Shown here one piece after another: positions 39,241 through 49,568 of a stretch of DNA of 64,000 nucleotides. The DNA is from Alphaproteobacteria bacterium. GTDB taxonomy: Bacteria; Pseudomonadota; Alphaproteobacteria; Rs-D84. A program made the translations under genes and the position numbers. The stretch lies in NCBI GenBank assembly GCA_017962125.1, contig JAGCVZ010000013.1, positions 18,509-82,508 on the forward strand, given 5' to 3'. The notes below the pieces were generated by a model. The model saw only the letters and a list, made by a program, of their open reading frames with translations, did no database searches and had not been told where the DNA came from. Position 1 is the first letter of the stretch. Each line of letters begins with the position of its first letter.

Positions 39241-39375
39241 ATGAAATTTTTAAGTTCTTTGAAAGCATGGAAAAAACGCGGGAACATTAAACAAGTTCGT
39301 CGCGGCAAACAGGTTATTTTAATGGATCCTGATAACCCAAAGTTCAAGGCTAAACAGGGTTTTAAGCGTAAATAA
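39241..39375 (+). CDS. rpmJ: 50S ribosomal protein L36 (alphaproteobacterial cysteine-less type)
   Basis: 44 aa (MKFLSSLKAWKKRGNIKQVRRGKQVILMDPDNPKFKAKQGF) matching the bL36 pattern MKVxxSLK...RRGxVxVI..NPKxKxRQG. TTGATT-N17-TATAAT promoter and AAAAAGGA SD. The minus-strand ORF 39186..39380 is rejected. Confidence 0.7.
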   Translation: MKFLSSLKAWKKRGNIKQVRRGKQVILMDPDNPKFKAKQGFKRK

Positions 39376-39438
39376 TCCATTGTTTTTATGCTATTTTTCG
39401 GCGTTTCTGTGTATACGGAAATGCCGATTTTCTTTATG

Positions 39439-40164
39439 CTAAAATAGATTAAAATCTTTAATAAAGGCTTCTGTAATAGTTTCTTTAACCTCTGTTCCAG
39501 ATAATCCAGCGGAACGCAAATAATTTTCTTGTGGTTCTGTTATATGCATCATGTATGCACTATGTTCTGCAAAATTTGGGACAGATTTTATACGTTGAGA
39601 TGGAATAAATCGTATTTTTGCGCTTTTATCTGTTGTATATCCTGCAAGTCGTATGTCTGATTTTGTATTTGGACAATTTTTATTTATAATTGCCGTTGCG
39701 GATATTTTAGAATAACTGTTTTTATATCCAATTATTTTTGTTTGGAGTAAGATACCTGTATCAGCGTTATCATGTTCTGTAATAATTTTACAGGCAAAAT
39801 CAGAGTAATTTTTGACCATTATATGACCGCGCAATTCAGAATTTTTACCGGCATTTTTGATAAAAATGTTTAAAAAACCCGGAAAATTATTTTCTACATC
39901 AACAGTTAAAAACACAGGTTGATTTTCGATTATTATGTTTATATTTAGTGTATTTTCACGTTCTATTTTTCCGGTGTATATAATATGTATAGGTAAATCA
40001 TACTTTTTTGAAAAAATTTCGGTTTCGTCTAGTGTTGAAAATTCTGGTCGAAAAATACCGTCGACATAAACCAATGTTTCGGACGGAAAGGTTTTTATAT
40101 TGAAATTGTTCCACATGTATGACATATTTATATATATTATAAAGGATTTTATTATGGGTTTCAA
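39439..40164 (-). CDS. SufD-like Fe-S cluster assembly protein (short form)
   Basis: The C-terminal region (HSAYMMHITEPQENYLRSAGLSGTEVKETITEAFIKDF) resembles the SufB/SufD C-terminal helix. Tentative. Start uncertain, as the annotated ORF overlaps the ychF start. Confidence 0.4.
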   Translation of the reverse strand: MKPIIKSFIIYINMSYMWNNFNIKTFPSETLVYVDGIFRPEFSTLDETEIFSKKYDLPIHIIYTGKIERENTLNINIIIENQPVFLTVDVENNFPGFLNIFIKNAGKNSELRGHIMVKNYSDFACKIITEHDNADTGILLQTKIIGYKNSYSKISATAIINKNCPNTKSDIRLAGYTTDKSAKIRFIPSQRIKSVPNFAEHSAYMMHITEPQENYLRSAGLSGTEVKETITEAFIKDFNLF

Positions 40165-41233
40165 TTGTGGAATTGTTGGATTACCAAATGTAGGAAAATC
40201 AACTTTGTTTAATGCGTTAACACAAAGTGCTGCGGCTGATGCGCAAAATTATCCTTTTTGTACGATAGAACCAAATACAGGTCGCGTAGTTGTGCCAGAT
40301 GAGACATTGCATAAATTGGCGGCGGTGGATAATTCGGCCAAGATTATTCCGACACAACTTGAAATTGTTGATATTGCCGGTCTTGTTCGTGGCGCATCTA
40401 CGGGCGAAGGGCTTGGTAACAAATTTTTAGGTAATATCTTAGAAACAGATGCAATAATTCATGTTGTCCGTTGTTTTGAAAATGATGATATTGTGCATGT
40501 AGATGGTCGTATAGATCCTATTTCTGATATTGATACAATTGAAACAGAACTTATGTTGGCAGACTTAGAAAGTTTAAATAAACAGATAAAAAATCTTGAA
40601 AAAAAAGCGCATGGACTTGATAAAGTTGCAATAAAACTTTTGGCTGATGCAAATATAATAAAAGAAAATTTAGAAAAATCTGTTCCGGCGCGCGATACAG
40701 ATATTGATACAAAACCATTTAATTTATTGACTGCAAAACCTGTTATTTATGTGTGTAATGTTGAAGAATCTGCTGCGGCAAATGGAAATAAATTTTCAGA
40801 TGCTGTAAAGCAAAAATTTGGTGAAAAAAATCCAGTACTAATTATATCTGGAAAAATAGAAATGGAAATAGCCCAAATTGTAGATTCTGGGGAACGTAAA
40901 ATGTTTTTGGATGATTTAGGTTTAAAACAATCTGGGTTAGAGCAGGTGATAAAAACTGGATATGAAACACTTGGTTTACAAACTTTTTATACTGTTGGAC
41001 CAAAAGAGGCGCATGCATGGACAATAACACGCGGTATGACTGCGCCACAGGCGGCTGGGAAAATCCATACTGATTTTGAAAAAGGGTTTATAAGAGCAGA
41101 GATTATTTCACCAGAAGATTATATAAAATATGGTGGTGAAGTTGCTGTGAAAGAAGCTGGAAAAATGCGTCTTGTCGGACGTGATTACATTATGCAAGAA
41201 GGCGATATCTGCCATTTCTTGTTTAATAATTAA
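40154..41233 (+). CDS. ychF: Ribosome-binding ATPase YchF
   Basis: MGFNCGIVGLPNVGKSTLFNALT Obg-like G1 motif and C-terminal TGS domain. Confidence 0.9.
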   Translation: MGFNCGIVGLPNVGKSTLFNALTQSAAADAQNYPFCTIEPNTGRVVVPDETLHKLAAVDNSAKIIPTQLEIVDIAGLVRGASTGEGLGNKFLGNILETDAIIHVVRCFENDDIVHVDGRIDPISDIDTIETELMLADLESLNKQIKNLEKKAHGLDKVAIKLLADANIIKENLEKSVPARDTDIDTKPFNLLTAKPVIYVCNVEESAAANGNKFSDAVKQKFGEKNPVLIISGKIEMEIAQIVDSGERKMFLDDLGLKQSGLEQVIKTGYETLGLQTFYTVGPKEAHAWTITRGMTAPQAAGKIHTDFEKGFIRAEIISPEDYIKYGGEVAVKEAGKMRLVGRDYIMQEGDICHFLFNN

Positions 41234-41619
41234 TGGTTTTATAACTTAACGAATCGAATAATTAGATTTTATGGACACCTCTGACAGGAATTGTATCATA
41301 AAAAATTGTATAAAATAGAGGTCATATAAAATACATTATATTTTTTCCTAATATGAATTTTTTGTAAATAAAAAATTGATAAAAAACCTAGGAAAACCGG
41401 TGCTTGTGAGATATTCATAAAGCTATACAATACAAAGGATAAATTTCATAACATGATATTTTTGTTGTTTATATATATTTATTTGATTACACTATAATTA
41501 TTTTAATATTTTTTATCTTTTTTACCTTTTTTAGATATCCGATACATAAAAATAGGATAAACTAAATTTTCCTGGGAATGAATATAATATGGACATGGTT
41601 ACAACAAAAGGAGATTACC

Positions 41620-41847
41620 ATGACTCATAAAGATATTTGGCAAGCAATTGATAATTTCGCTTTTCAGCAAAATATGTCTTGTTCTGGATTAGCGAGATTT
41701 TCAGGATTAGATGCAACAACATTTAACAGAAGCAAGCGTTGGTCGAAATATGGTCAACCAAGATGGCCTTCGACAAACAGTATTGCAAAGATATTAAATT
41801 CCACAGGAAAAACATTAGAGGATTTTGTAAAATGTATCTATGATTAA
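41620..41847 (+). CDS. Small HTH DNA-binding protein (phage CI-repressor N-terminal-like)
   Basis: 75 aa with AAGGAG 6 nt upstream. SGLARFSGLDATTFNRSKR...PSTNSIAKIL resembles a CI-repressor HTH. Confidence 0.5.
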   Translation: MTHKDIWQAIDNFAFQQNMSCSGLARFSGLDATTFNRSKRWSKYGQPRWPSTNSIAKILNSTGKTLEDFVKCIYD

Positions 41848-41892
41848 ATATTTTTTATTTACAAAAGTATTTAGTCGTGTAGTATACATGTT

Positions 41893-42795
41893 ATGTCAAC
41901 ATTAAAAACAAAAATAATTTTATTAAAAGAGTTATTAGCTCTGAAGGAGGTTGTTGATAAGGGTAGTATACAAATTGCCGCTGGTGAAAATGGTATCAAA
42001 AATTCTAATCTATCGCAGATGATCAAGAATTTAGAACATCGGTTTCATACTAAACTTATCAACAGGGGGGCGAATGGTAGTTTACCAACAAATTCTACGC
42101 AACTTATATATAATGATATATGTGCTGTAGAAGAAATAATAAATAAAATTTTAGAAAATTTTATAGATTTAGATGCTTTGTCTGGGTCTATGTCTGTATG
42201 GACCGAGGAGGGTTTGTTCGGAAGTTTTATTTTAAAAGATTTATCAGAATTTTATGCTAAATACCCAAAAATTCGTTTAGAATTATTAATGCGGAAAGAG
42301 CCTGATATATCTAGTATGGATATTTTAATTATCAAACCAAAATTACATCCAAATATTCATGGAACGGTTTTGTTTAAATTTAAAACACATTTAAAATTTT
42401 ATACCAGTAAAAAGTATTTATCTAAACATGGGGCACCAAAAAATATAAATGATTTACTAGAAAATCATAAATTATGTATGGTTATTCGTTATATGAATTT
42501 GCCTGAATATCAAAGTATCATAAAACGTGCAAAACATTTAAATACAACATCTGATTCTTTGGCGTTGATATATCGTTTGGTAAATGATGGTGATGGTATT
42601 ACGGTTTTTCCATCATGGTTTGAAGAAAGCAGTCCAAATCTTGTTTGTATAAAAGATTTAGATTTTGAATATGAAATGGAAACACAATGTATTTGCAGAA
42701 CAGAAATTGCAGAATCACCAAAAGTTAGTGCGTTTGTGAATTTCTTTATAGATTTTTGCAAAGGACATAATGTTCCGATTGATATATATTTTTAA
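41893..42795 (+). CDS. LysR-family transcriptional regulator
   Basis: 300 aa with an N-terminal wHTH (KGSIQIAAGENGIKNSNLSQMIKNLE) and a C-terminal substrate-binding domain. Confidence 0.65.
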   Translation: MSTLKTKIILLKELLALKEVVDKGSIQIAAGENGIKNSNLSQMIKNLEHRFHTKLINRGANGSLPTNSTQLIYNDICAVEEIINKILENFIDLDALSGSMSVWTEEGLFGSFILKDLSEFYAKYPKIRLELLMRKEPDISSMDILIIKPKLHPNIHGTVLFKFKTHLKFYTSKKYLSKHGAPKNINDLLENHKLCMVIRYMNLPEYQSIIKRAKHLNTTSDSLALIYRLVNDGDGITVFPSWFEESSPNLVCIKDLDFEYEMETQCICRTEIAESPKVSAFVNFFIDFCKGHNVPIDIYF

Positions 42796-42955
42796 AGATT
42801 TTGTTATTTGTAGTTTGTTATAAAAATATTAAGATTCTGATAAAAATCACCCAGATGGACAGTGGTTTCATTGGGTGTAGTTCCCGAGCCGAATTATTAG
42901 AAATTGGTCGAGAGATTGATTATTTGAAAGATAAATTATGGTTTGTGGATTTGAT

Positions 42956-43519
42956 TTAGACATATTTTTTAATTTTATTTCCACAAACTTTATAAATCTT
43001 GGTATGTTTTGGTATTTTTTTTAATATAATCGGTAATGTATCTTGGTCATAGTTCCATGTCCATTTTATTCCATTCCATAACCCGTTAAATGTTTCTTTA
43101 TATGTTGAACGTTCTATACCTAATTTTCTTTTAATATATATTTTTATCTGGCGATATACACGAGTTATTCTTGATGGTGAAACAATATGTATCTCTGTTG
43201 CACGTTTTAAAACTGGATTTATCCAATCAGAAAAAGATGCGCCCTCGGATACCCAATTTTGTGTGTTTGCAAATTCTTGTGCCATACGTGTTCGTTCTGA
43301 TTCACTTCGTTTACGTGATATAGAACCTGAATTATCATGATATATTTCGTCCAAATGATGTAAAGGTAATTTTTTTGAAATAGCTAGTTTACGTGCATAT
43401 GTAGTTTTTCCAGAACCTGGTGCACCAATAATATGAATTCGTGGCATAACATATCCTTGTGTTTTTATGAAACTATACCATAAAAAGTTCAAAAGCAGTA
43501 TAAAAATAGCCTTTTTCAA
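42956..43519 (-). CDS. P-loop kinase (topology modulation protein FlaR / adenylate kinase-like), cassette gene
   Basis: 187 aa with Walker A IIGAPGSGKTT. Shares the upstream junction module with the next two minus-strand genes. Confidence 0.55.
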   Translation of the reverse strand: MKKAIFILLLNFLWYSFIKTQGYVMPRIHIIGAPGSGKTTYARKLAISKKLPLHHLDEIYHDNSGSISRKRSESERTRMAQEFANTQNWVSEGASFSDWINPVLKRATEIHIVSPSRITRVYRQIKIYIKRKLGIERSTYKETFNGLWNGIKWTWNYDQDTLPIILKKIPKHTKIYKVCGNKIKKYV

Positions 43520-43596
43520 AAAGATAACTTTCGAACTTTTTGTGGGTATTGGAAAACAAATAAAAAACCGCTCTGAAACGAACGGTTGTCTATCTT

Positions 43597-43775
43597 GGTT
43601 GCGGGGGATGGATTTACTTCGTCACCTTGGCTCATTCGCTACGCTCACCGGTGCACTTTCGTTCACCTTTCGCCTACGGTTGAACCACGCTTTTTCGGTG
43701 GTCCAAACCCAACACAACACACGTTAAACAAAAAATACACCACAAAGGTGTATTTTTTATTTAAACTGGTTGTGC
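43597..43775 (+). repeat. att-like copy of the tRNA-fMet 3' end (TGGTTGCGGGGGATGGATTT) plus the shared 150-nt element S, copy 1
   Basis: Near-identical to 46183-46351. The first ~22 nt match the 3' end of tRNA-fMet at 46352-46373. Contains a hairpin (TACACCACAAAGGTGTA) with flanking T-runs. Confidence 0.8.
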
Positions 43776-43853
43776 TCGGTGTGCGGTTCTCGAACTGATA
43801 ACTATATGGATTTAATAGCATTTGTACGAGAAATACAAATTTTTAAAGATAAA

Positions 43854-44987
43854 TTACTTTTGTTTTGATTTTACCGATTTGTTAGTATTACGTTGATTTG
43901 CATATTCTGACAAAGCGACATCGAAAGCATCTTGACCATCTTTACATGCGATATCCGGTTTATAGCCATTTAATTCAAAATTCTTAACAAACATTTCACG
44001 ATATACACAACCGACATTAAATGTCATATTACTATGTGGCAACAAGATATACGCATAATTATACCCGTATACTTCACCACCACATGTGTTTGTACCGATA
44101 AATTTTATATTTGGATAATTAAGCATCTGTGTACAGACCACTTCCCCGGCAGACATTACTTTACCATTTATTAACATGTATATTTGACCATTAAATCCTG
44201 CTTTTTTAGCATCAAATTCTGGTAAAGCGTTTTTGCTAGCATCTTTAAAAATCACAGGATCTTCGTTTGATTCTATGTTAAATTTATTCCCATTAAAATG
44301 TTCATATAATTTTTTTACTGCATTTGCATCTGGATTATTACGTATAAAAACTCTGCGTGCTGCAGGGTAATGATATCCCAGGATATATGATGTTAATTTT
44401 ATCGTTGGCCTATCACTGCCACCATCGTTATCTCGTAAATCAATAATCAGAGTTTTTGCTTTTGGTAACATTGTTTGCCACTGTTGTTCAAATTCTTCTT
44501 TTTCTTCCGGAGTCCAATTAAACAATGTTCGAATACCGATTATACCAATGTCATTTTTTAATTTGACAATAAACTTTTTATCACCCGCAACATTAGAACC
44601 AACATTTGGTCGTTGTTTGCGCAACCTTGTTCGTACACCCTTATCATGCCCGATCATACGAAGGCTTATATGGTTATCTGGTATGATTTCAATGGCTGGT
44701 TTTAATTTTTCCAATAATTCTAACGATGTCATATCGTGTGCATTTTTGTGGATTTCTATCAGTATTTGCAAAATTTTGCGTTTCAGTATTTTATCATGAA
44801 AAGGCCATCCACAATACACATTTACCAGCACACGCGCGAACACAGATACTTCATGCTGGACTTGTTTCGCGGTAAGCATTGTATCAGGGGATTTTGCTTT
44901 TGTGTCGCCGGATGCCACTAAATCACTTGTCTTGGAATCCTGCAACAAAAAATATTCCATTTCCTTAATTGACGGTATTTTGACCAT
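43854..44987 (-). CDS. S41-family peptidase (C-terminal processing/tail-specific protease-like), cassette gene
   Basis: 377 aa. LIIDLRDNDGG and NGKVMSAGEVV boxes match the S41 catalytic Ser/Lys region. Confidence 0.55.
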   Translation of the reverse strand: MVKIPSIKEMEYFLLQDSKTSDLVASGDTKAKSPDTMLTAKQVQHEVSVFARVLVNVYCGWPFHDKILKRKILQILIEIHKNAHDMTSLELLEKLKPAIEIIPDNHISLRMIGHDKGVRTRLRKQRPNVGSNVAGDKKFIVKLKNDIGIIGIRTLFNWTPEEKEEFEQQWQTMLPKAKTLIIDLRDNDGGSDRPTIKLTSYILGYHYPAARRVFIRNNPDANAVKKLYEHFNGNKFNIESNEDPVIFKDASKNALPEFDAKKAGFNGQIYMLINGKVMSAGEVVCTQMLNYPNIKFIGTNTCGGEVYGYNYAYILLPHSNMTFNVGCVYREMFVKNFELNGYKPDIACKDGQDAFDVALSEYANQRNTNKSVKSKQK

Positions 44988-45195
44988 AAATAATCCTTTT
45001 TACGAATTATATCATAAAAAGTTCAAAAGTGGCGAAAATTTTCCGATTTTTTAAATTTAACTTTCGAACTTTTTGTAGGTATTAGTAAAAACTTGCCCCG
45101 GTGGGCAAGTTTTGAAACTCTGGTTGTGCAGTGCGTGCGGTCCTCGAGCCGAATTATTGGAAATAAGGCTAGATATTAATAGAGTAAAAGATAAA

Positions 45196-45939
45196 TTACC
45201 TGATATTAGATTGTTTCCATCTTAATGCGTTTAGAAGATAATTTCTGGCTAATTCAATATCAAATAATCCAGCACGTCGCAATTGACCCTCGGCATCAAT
45301 CCAAGTATCGTATTCTTGTGGCAAAATTCCAGAAATTTTATTCAAATTATATTCAACGTTATCAGCCGACATACCGCCGGCATAACCAAATTGAATATCT
45401 TTGTATACTGGAGTGTCCCAATGATCTGGAGACCTACCAATACCGTAAGATGCATCAAATAATAATTTAAATTTTGTACTGAATTTTTTTAACTCATAAA
45501 TTTGTGGCTTTGTATTTTGATTAAATGGAAATATAAATTCACAATCTGGAAAACACTTGAACAAACCTATAATTTTATTTGGTACAAAAGTTGTCGTATT
45601 ATCACCAATATTCAACTGAACACGTTTTATCAAAGATTTATTTGATTTATTATTTTTGCGACTAAGCCATCCAGCTATTTCGCTAGGAATTAAGCCATTT
45701 GACATATAGTCACACCATTCATAATTTACATGTAATGCAAGATTAGGTTGTATTGTCAAACTTTCAACAGCATCTAATAAATTATTCATCCACTCATTGC
45801 GTGGCATGCCAACAATCATCGCACTTTTATGCGCCTGAATTCCTAATTCCGCCAACGGTGATATTTGTAGTAACTTTATCGTTTCTTCTATTGATAAATT
45901 CTCACGCGGATCAGACATAGTTATATAACGCAAGTGCAT
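45196..45939 (-). CDS. Hypothetical protein (possible TIM-barrel/PRAI-like), cassette gene
   Basis: 247 aa. A weak FGYAGGMSADNV box. Preceded by the conserved promoter module (TTGCAT...TGtTATAAT). Confidence 0.45.
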   Translation of the reverse strand: MHLRYITMSDPRENLSIEETIKLLQISPLAELGIQAHKSAMIVGMPRNEWMNNLLDAVESLTIQPNLALHVNYEWCDYMSNGLIPSEIAGWLSRKNNKSNKSLIKRVQLNIGDNTTTFVPNKIIGLFKCFPDCEFIFPFNQNTKPQIYELKKFSTKFKLLFDASYGIGRSPDHWDTPVYKDIQFGYAGGMSADNVEYNLNKISGILPQEYDTWIDAEGQLRRAGLFDIELARNYLLNALRWKQSNIR

Positions 45940-46182
45940 GTAACCCCCTTTTTATTATTTTTACAACAAGTGATTATAACATAAAAAGTTCAAATGCAAT
46001 ATAAAAATAACCTTTTTCAAAAAGATAACTTTCGAACTTTTTGTAGGTATTGGAAAACAAATAAAAACTTGCCCCGGTGGGCAAGTTTTTGATACAGCCC
46101 GTCTTCGTCCTTTGGACTATGGCGCGGCACTGAATTTTCTAAACAAAAATACCGCAAACGCGGTATTTTTAGAAAATTCGTG

Positions 46183-46351
46183 GTTGCGGGGGATGGATTT
46201 ACTTCGTCACCTTGGCTCATTCGCTACGCTCACCGGTGCACTTTCGTTCACCTTTCGCCTACGGTTGAACCACGCTTTTTCGGTGGTCCAAATCCAACAC
46301 AACACACGTTAAACAAAAAATACACCACAAAGGTGTATTTTTTATTTAAAC
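46183..46351 (+). repeat. att-like copy of the tRNA-fMet 3' end plus shared 150-nt element S, copy 2 (directly abutting tRNA-fMet)
   Basis: Matches 43597-43775 with a single mismatch (C/T). Confidence 0.8.
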
Positions 46352-46428
<77 letters not shown>

Positions 46429-46565
46429 ATAAGTGGCATTAATTATATATCTTATTTTATTATTGTCAAACAAAATATGATTTTTTTAATAAAATACGTG
46501 GTTATCTGTTTATGTATTATTTTCGATTTATATATGGATAGAAATATGATATAATACGAAACTAG

Positions 46566-47120
46566 ATGGAGTTATTTATGGAAAAATATAATCCTGTTTC
46601 TGGTGACACATTAAAAATAAGACGTCTTATTGGTAGTTATAATTTTGCTTATTTGCAAAATGGTGGGGCGGTTTTTATTCGGCACAAGGCGAGGGGTACA
46701 GGTAAAAAGCATAAAGAAGATGTTGATGTTTGTGTTTTAAAATACGGCAAGGCTCTGACTTTCCGTATTAATGAATCTTTTGGGTATGATAATGGAACTG
46801 TTTTTACGGTCGCAAGGGTTGATAGTGTTCCACTAAAACAAAATCCAAATGATAGTGTCGGACTTTATCCATACGGCATTTTTGATGCCAAGGAATCCGA
46901 TATCATGGAACATGCGGCCCGGATTTTTAAAAAGTATGATGCGGAAAATCCAAATAATCTTGTTAAGATAGAAAAGATATTTAGGTCTTATGTTCCGGCA
47001 AGTTACAAGAAGATAAAAGAACAACTTGGTATGACGAATGAGGAAACAAAGCAAAATATCAAAAATGCCGATAATAAGGTGCAGATTATGCAGTTTGGTA
47101 AAAAGTTCGAAAATTTTTAG
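46566..47120 (+). CDS. Hypothetical protein, paralog A
   Basis: 184 aa. TGaTATAAT promoter. Clear paralog of 47185..47748 (LYPYGIF.../LYPFNIT..., KIFRSYVPASYKKIKEQL / KIFRKYVPMSYEKIREQL). Confidence 0.55.
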   Translation: MELFMEKYNPVSGDTLKIRRLIGSYNFAYLQNGGAVFIRHKARGTGKKHKEDVDVCVLKYGKALTFRINESFGYDNGTVFTVARVDSVPLKQNPNDSVGLYPYGIFDAKESDIMEHAARIFKKYDAENPNNLVKIEKIFRSYVPASYKKIKEQLGMTNEETKQNIKNADNKVQIMQFGKKFENF

Positions 47121-47184
47121 TTTTTGGTTTGGATATAAGGTAAATATATGATATAATTATCGCATAAAACAAAGGAGAATTATT

Positions 47185-47748
47185 ATGGAAAGAACTACGG
47201 TGGCAGGAAAAGAACAGATATTAGCGAGGGTTTTTGAGGGTGAGAGAATTAGTCTTGCTTATTCACACAATGGTGGTGATGTTTATATTTTCCGTGAAAA
47301 CAAAGATGGTGGGAGAGGATACAATTCAAAGGCTATAGTTTGCGTTATAAAGCAGGGTGAAAAGGAACCTTTGGTTTTTAGGATATCTGAATCTGTGAAT
47401 AATGAGGTGATGACTGTATTTACCAGAGCAACTGTTGATGGAATGCCGTCTAGAGGTAGTAAGGATAGTGATGGTGGGCTTTATCCGTTTAATATTACTT
47501 TGTCAGATGACAAAAAAACACCGAATACTGATATTATGGCGCATGCAGCGGAAGTTTATGAAAGATTTGATAAAGAATATCCGGATCTTGTTCAAATCGG
47601 AAAGATATTTAGAAAGTATGTTCCGATGAGCTATGAAAAGATAAGAGAGCAACTTGAATCTATGGATAAAAAGAAAAAAGAAGATGATTTAAAAAATATC
47701 AGGGTTGCTGATGTGGTGCGATTCAGTGAACAATTCAAAAGGTTTTAG
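47185..47748 (+). CDS. Hypothetical protein, paralog B
   Basis: 187 aa. TGaTATAAT promoter and AAGGAG RBS. Paralog of 46566..47120. Confidence 0.55.
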   Translation: MERTTVAGKEQILARVFEGERISLAYSHNGGDVYIFRENKDGGRGYNSKAIVCVIKQGEKEPLVFRISESVNNEVMTVFTRATVDGMPSRGSKDSDGGLYPFNITLSDDKKTPNTDIMAHAAEVYERFDKEYPDLVQIGKIFRKYVPMSYEKIREQLESMDKKKKEDDLKNIRVADVVRFSEQFKRF

Positions 47749-47875
47749 TTTGATTTCGTGTATTGTTAAACCTGTGCCATATGGCGCAGGTTTTTTGTTT
47801 TGGTTAAGTTGTATAGGATACTGTGCCTAATGTGTGCTTGAAATCTGTTTTTTTTATTGGTAAAATCATGGTGCT

Positions 47876-48655
47876 ATGTTTAGAAAAATTTGGAAAAAAT
47901 TTTGGGAACCTATTTTGAGGCTATCGATTTTTCAATGGATTATCGCCGCGATTATGGCGATGATAATTTGGTTTGTATATTTTACATGTCGTAAAAAAAT
48001 TGTAAATTATGAAACTTTTAAGAAATTTCGGCATAAACCGGCAATTTTTGTGTTCTGGCATGGACGCAGTTTTATGCTGTCGCCGATTGTATGTTTGGGT
48101 GGTATGAAGTCTTATGCGGTGGCAAGCCGGCACAAAGACGGTCGTATGATGGCAAAATTACAACATTTATTTGGTTTGCGCGCAATTTATGGCAGTTCGC
48201 ATAACGGTGGTTTGTCGGTTTTACGTGATGGGGTGCGTATGTTGCGGCGCGGTGACCATTCGCTTTGTATTTCGCCGGATGGGCCTGGGGGGCCGTCGCT
48301 AAGGGTTCAAGAAGGTGCGCTTTATTTTGCCAAAATGACAGGGGCGCCGATTATACCAGTGTGTTTTTCGGCACGGCATGTTTGGATTCAACGAAGATGG
48401 GATAGGTATTTATTGGTATATCCTTTTACAAAAATAAAGTGTATTGTTGGTGAACCAATGTATATTGATACTAAAATATCTTCGGATGATTTCGAATCAA
48501 AGCGTAAAGAATTGGAAAATATAATGGTTGGACAATTGCGCGAATTAGATGCAGAATTTAATTTGCCTGTCGTTGAACAAGATATGAATTCTGCGGATTT
48601 TAAAAAGGCCAAGAGAGAGGGCAGGGAACCAAAACTTACAAAAAGGTATAGATAA
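47876..48655 (+). CDS. DUF374-family lysophospholipid acyltransferase-like protein (lpxK-associated)
   Basis: 259 aa with an N-terminal TM. Sits in the conserved position upstream of lpxK. Confidence 0.5.
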   Translation: MFRKIWKKFWEPILRLSIFQWIIAAIMAMIIWFVYFTCRKKIVNYETFKKFRHKPAIFVFWHGRSFMLSPIVCLGGMKSYAVASRHKDGRMMAKLQHLFGLRAIYGSSHNGGLSVLRDGVRMLRRGDHSLCISPDGPGGPSLRVQEGALYFAKMTGAPIIPVCFSARHVWIQRRWDRYLLVYPFTKIKCIVGEPMYIDTKISSDDFESKRKELENIMVGQLRELDAEFNLPVVEQDMNSADFKKAKREGREPKLTKRYR

Positions 48656-48656
48656 A

Positions 48657-49568
48657 ATGAAAACACCTTGGTGGTTTTTACACAAAACTCCACTTAGTTT
48701 TTTGTTGTTGCCATTTGCGTTTGTTTATTATCTTGGTGGGCGCGTTGTGTTTTTGTGGCGAAAAATGTTTGCGTATAAATCGCGGCGTAAGGTTATTTGT
48801 GTTGGGGGAATCCTTGCGGGGGGGGTTGGTAAAACACCAATTGTGCGGACAATTGCAAATTTCTTGGATGCACCTGTGGTTATGCGTGGGTATAAACGGA
48901 CGGCGCATACGAATAACATAGGAGACGAGGCGGCAATGTTAATGTCTGATGGAATCGCCGTACATGTTGGGCATCGCAAAAGTAATATCATGTTATTAAA
49001 TCGTCAAAAGGATAATGGTCCAATTGTTATGGATGATGGCTTGCAAAACCCGTCTATTGTTAAGGATGTTTCTATTTTGGTTTTTGATGATGGTTTGGGG
49101 TTTGGTAATGGTTTTTTATTGCCTGCGGGGCCACTGCGTGAGTCAAAAAGACATGTTAAAAATGCCGATGCAATAATTGTTGTAAAAAGTAAAAAACCAC
49201 GAAAAAAATTTGTTTTGCCGAATGGTGTACCTGTCTTTTATGCTGAAAATAAAACAGTTTCCCCATATCAAAAAGGTGAAAAGTTATTCGCGTTTGCTGG
49301 GATTGGTTATCCAAAAAAATTCTTTAATTCTCTGAATGGGATTGTGGCAAAGCGTAGTTTTGGTGACCATTATCAATATACTGATAAAGATATTGCTGAT
49401 TTGATTGAAGCCGCAAAAAGAAAAAAAGCAAAACTTGTTACGACAGAAAAAGATTGGGTTCGTTTGCCGACAGATGTGCGTAAAAAAATAAAATTTGCAC
49501 AGTTGGAGACAAAAATAGAAGATTCTTTTTTTGATTGGTTAAAGGAGAAATTAGATTGCGAACAATAA
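48657..49568 (+). CDS. lpxK: Tetraacyldisaccharide 4'-kinase
   Basis: P-loop VGGILAGGVGKTP near the N-terminus. 303 aa. Confidence 0.8.
   Translation: MKTPWWFLHKTPLSFLLLPFAFVYYLGGRVVFLWRKMFAYKSRRKVICVGGILAGGVGKTPIVRTIANFLDAPVVMRGYKRTAHTNNIGDEAAMLMSDGIAVHVGHRKSNIMLLNRQKDNGPIVMDDGLQNPSIVKDVSILVFDDGLGFGNGFLLPAGPLRESKRHVKNADAIIVVKSKKPRKKFVLPNGVPVFYAENKTVSPYQKGEKLFAFAGIGYPKKFFNSLNGIVAKRSFGDHYQYTDKDIADLIEAAKRKKAKLVTTEKDWVRLPTDVRKKIKFAQLETKIEDSFFDWLKEKLDCEQ

Noticed and set aside
39186-39380. 64-aa minus-strand ORF from the six-frame track
   Set aside because: The plus-strand 44-codon ORF at 39241-39375 matches ribosomal protein bL36 and has a promoter and SD. The minus-strand ORF is its antisense shadow.
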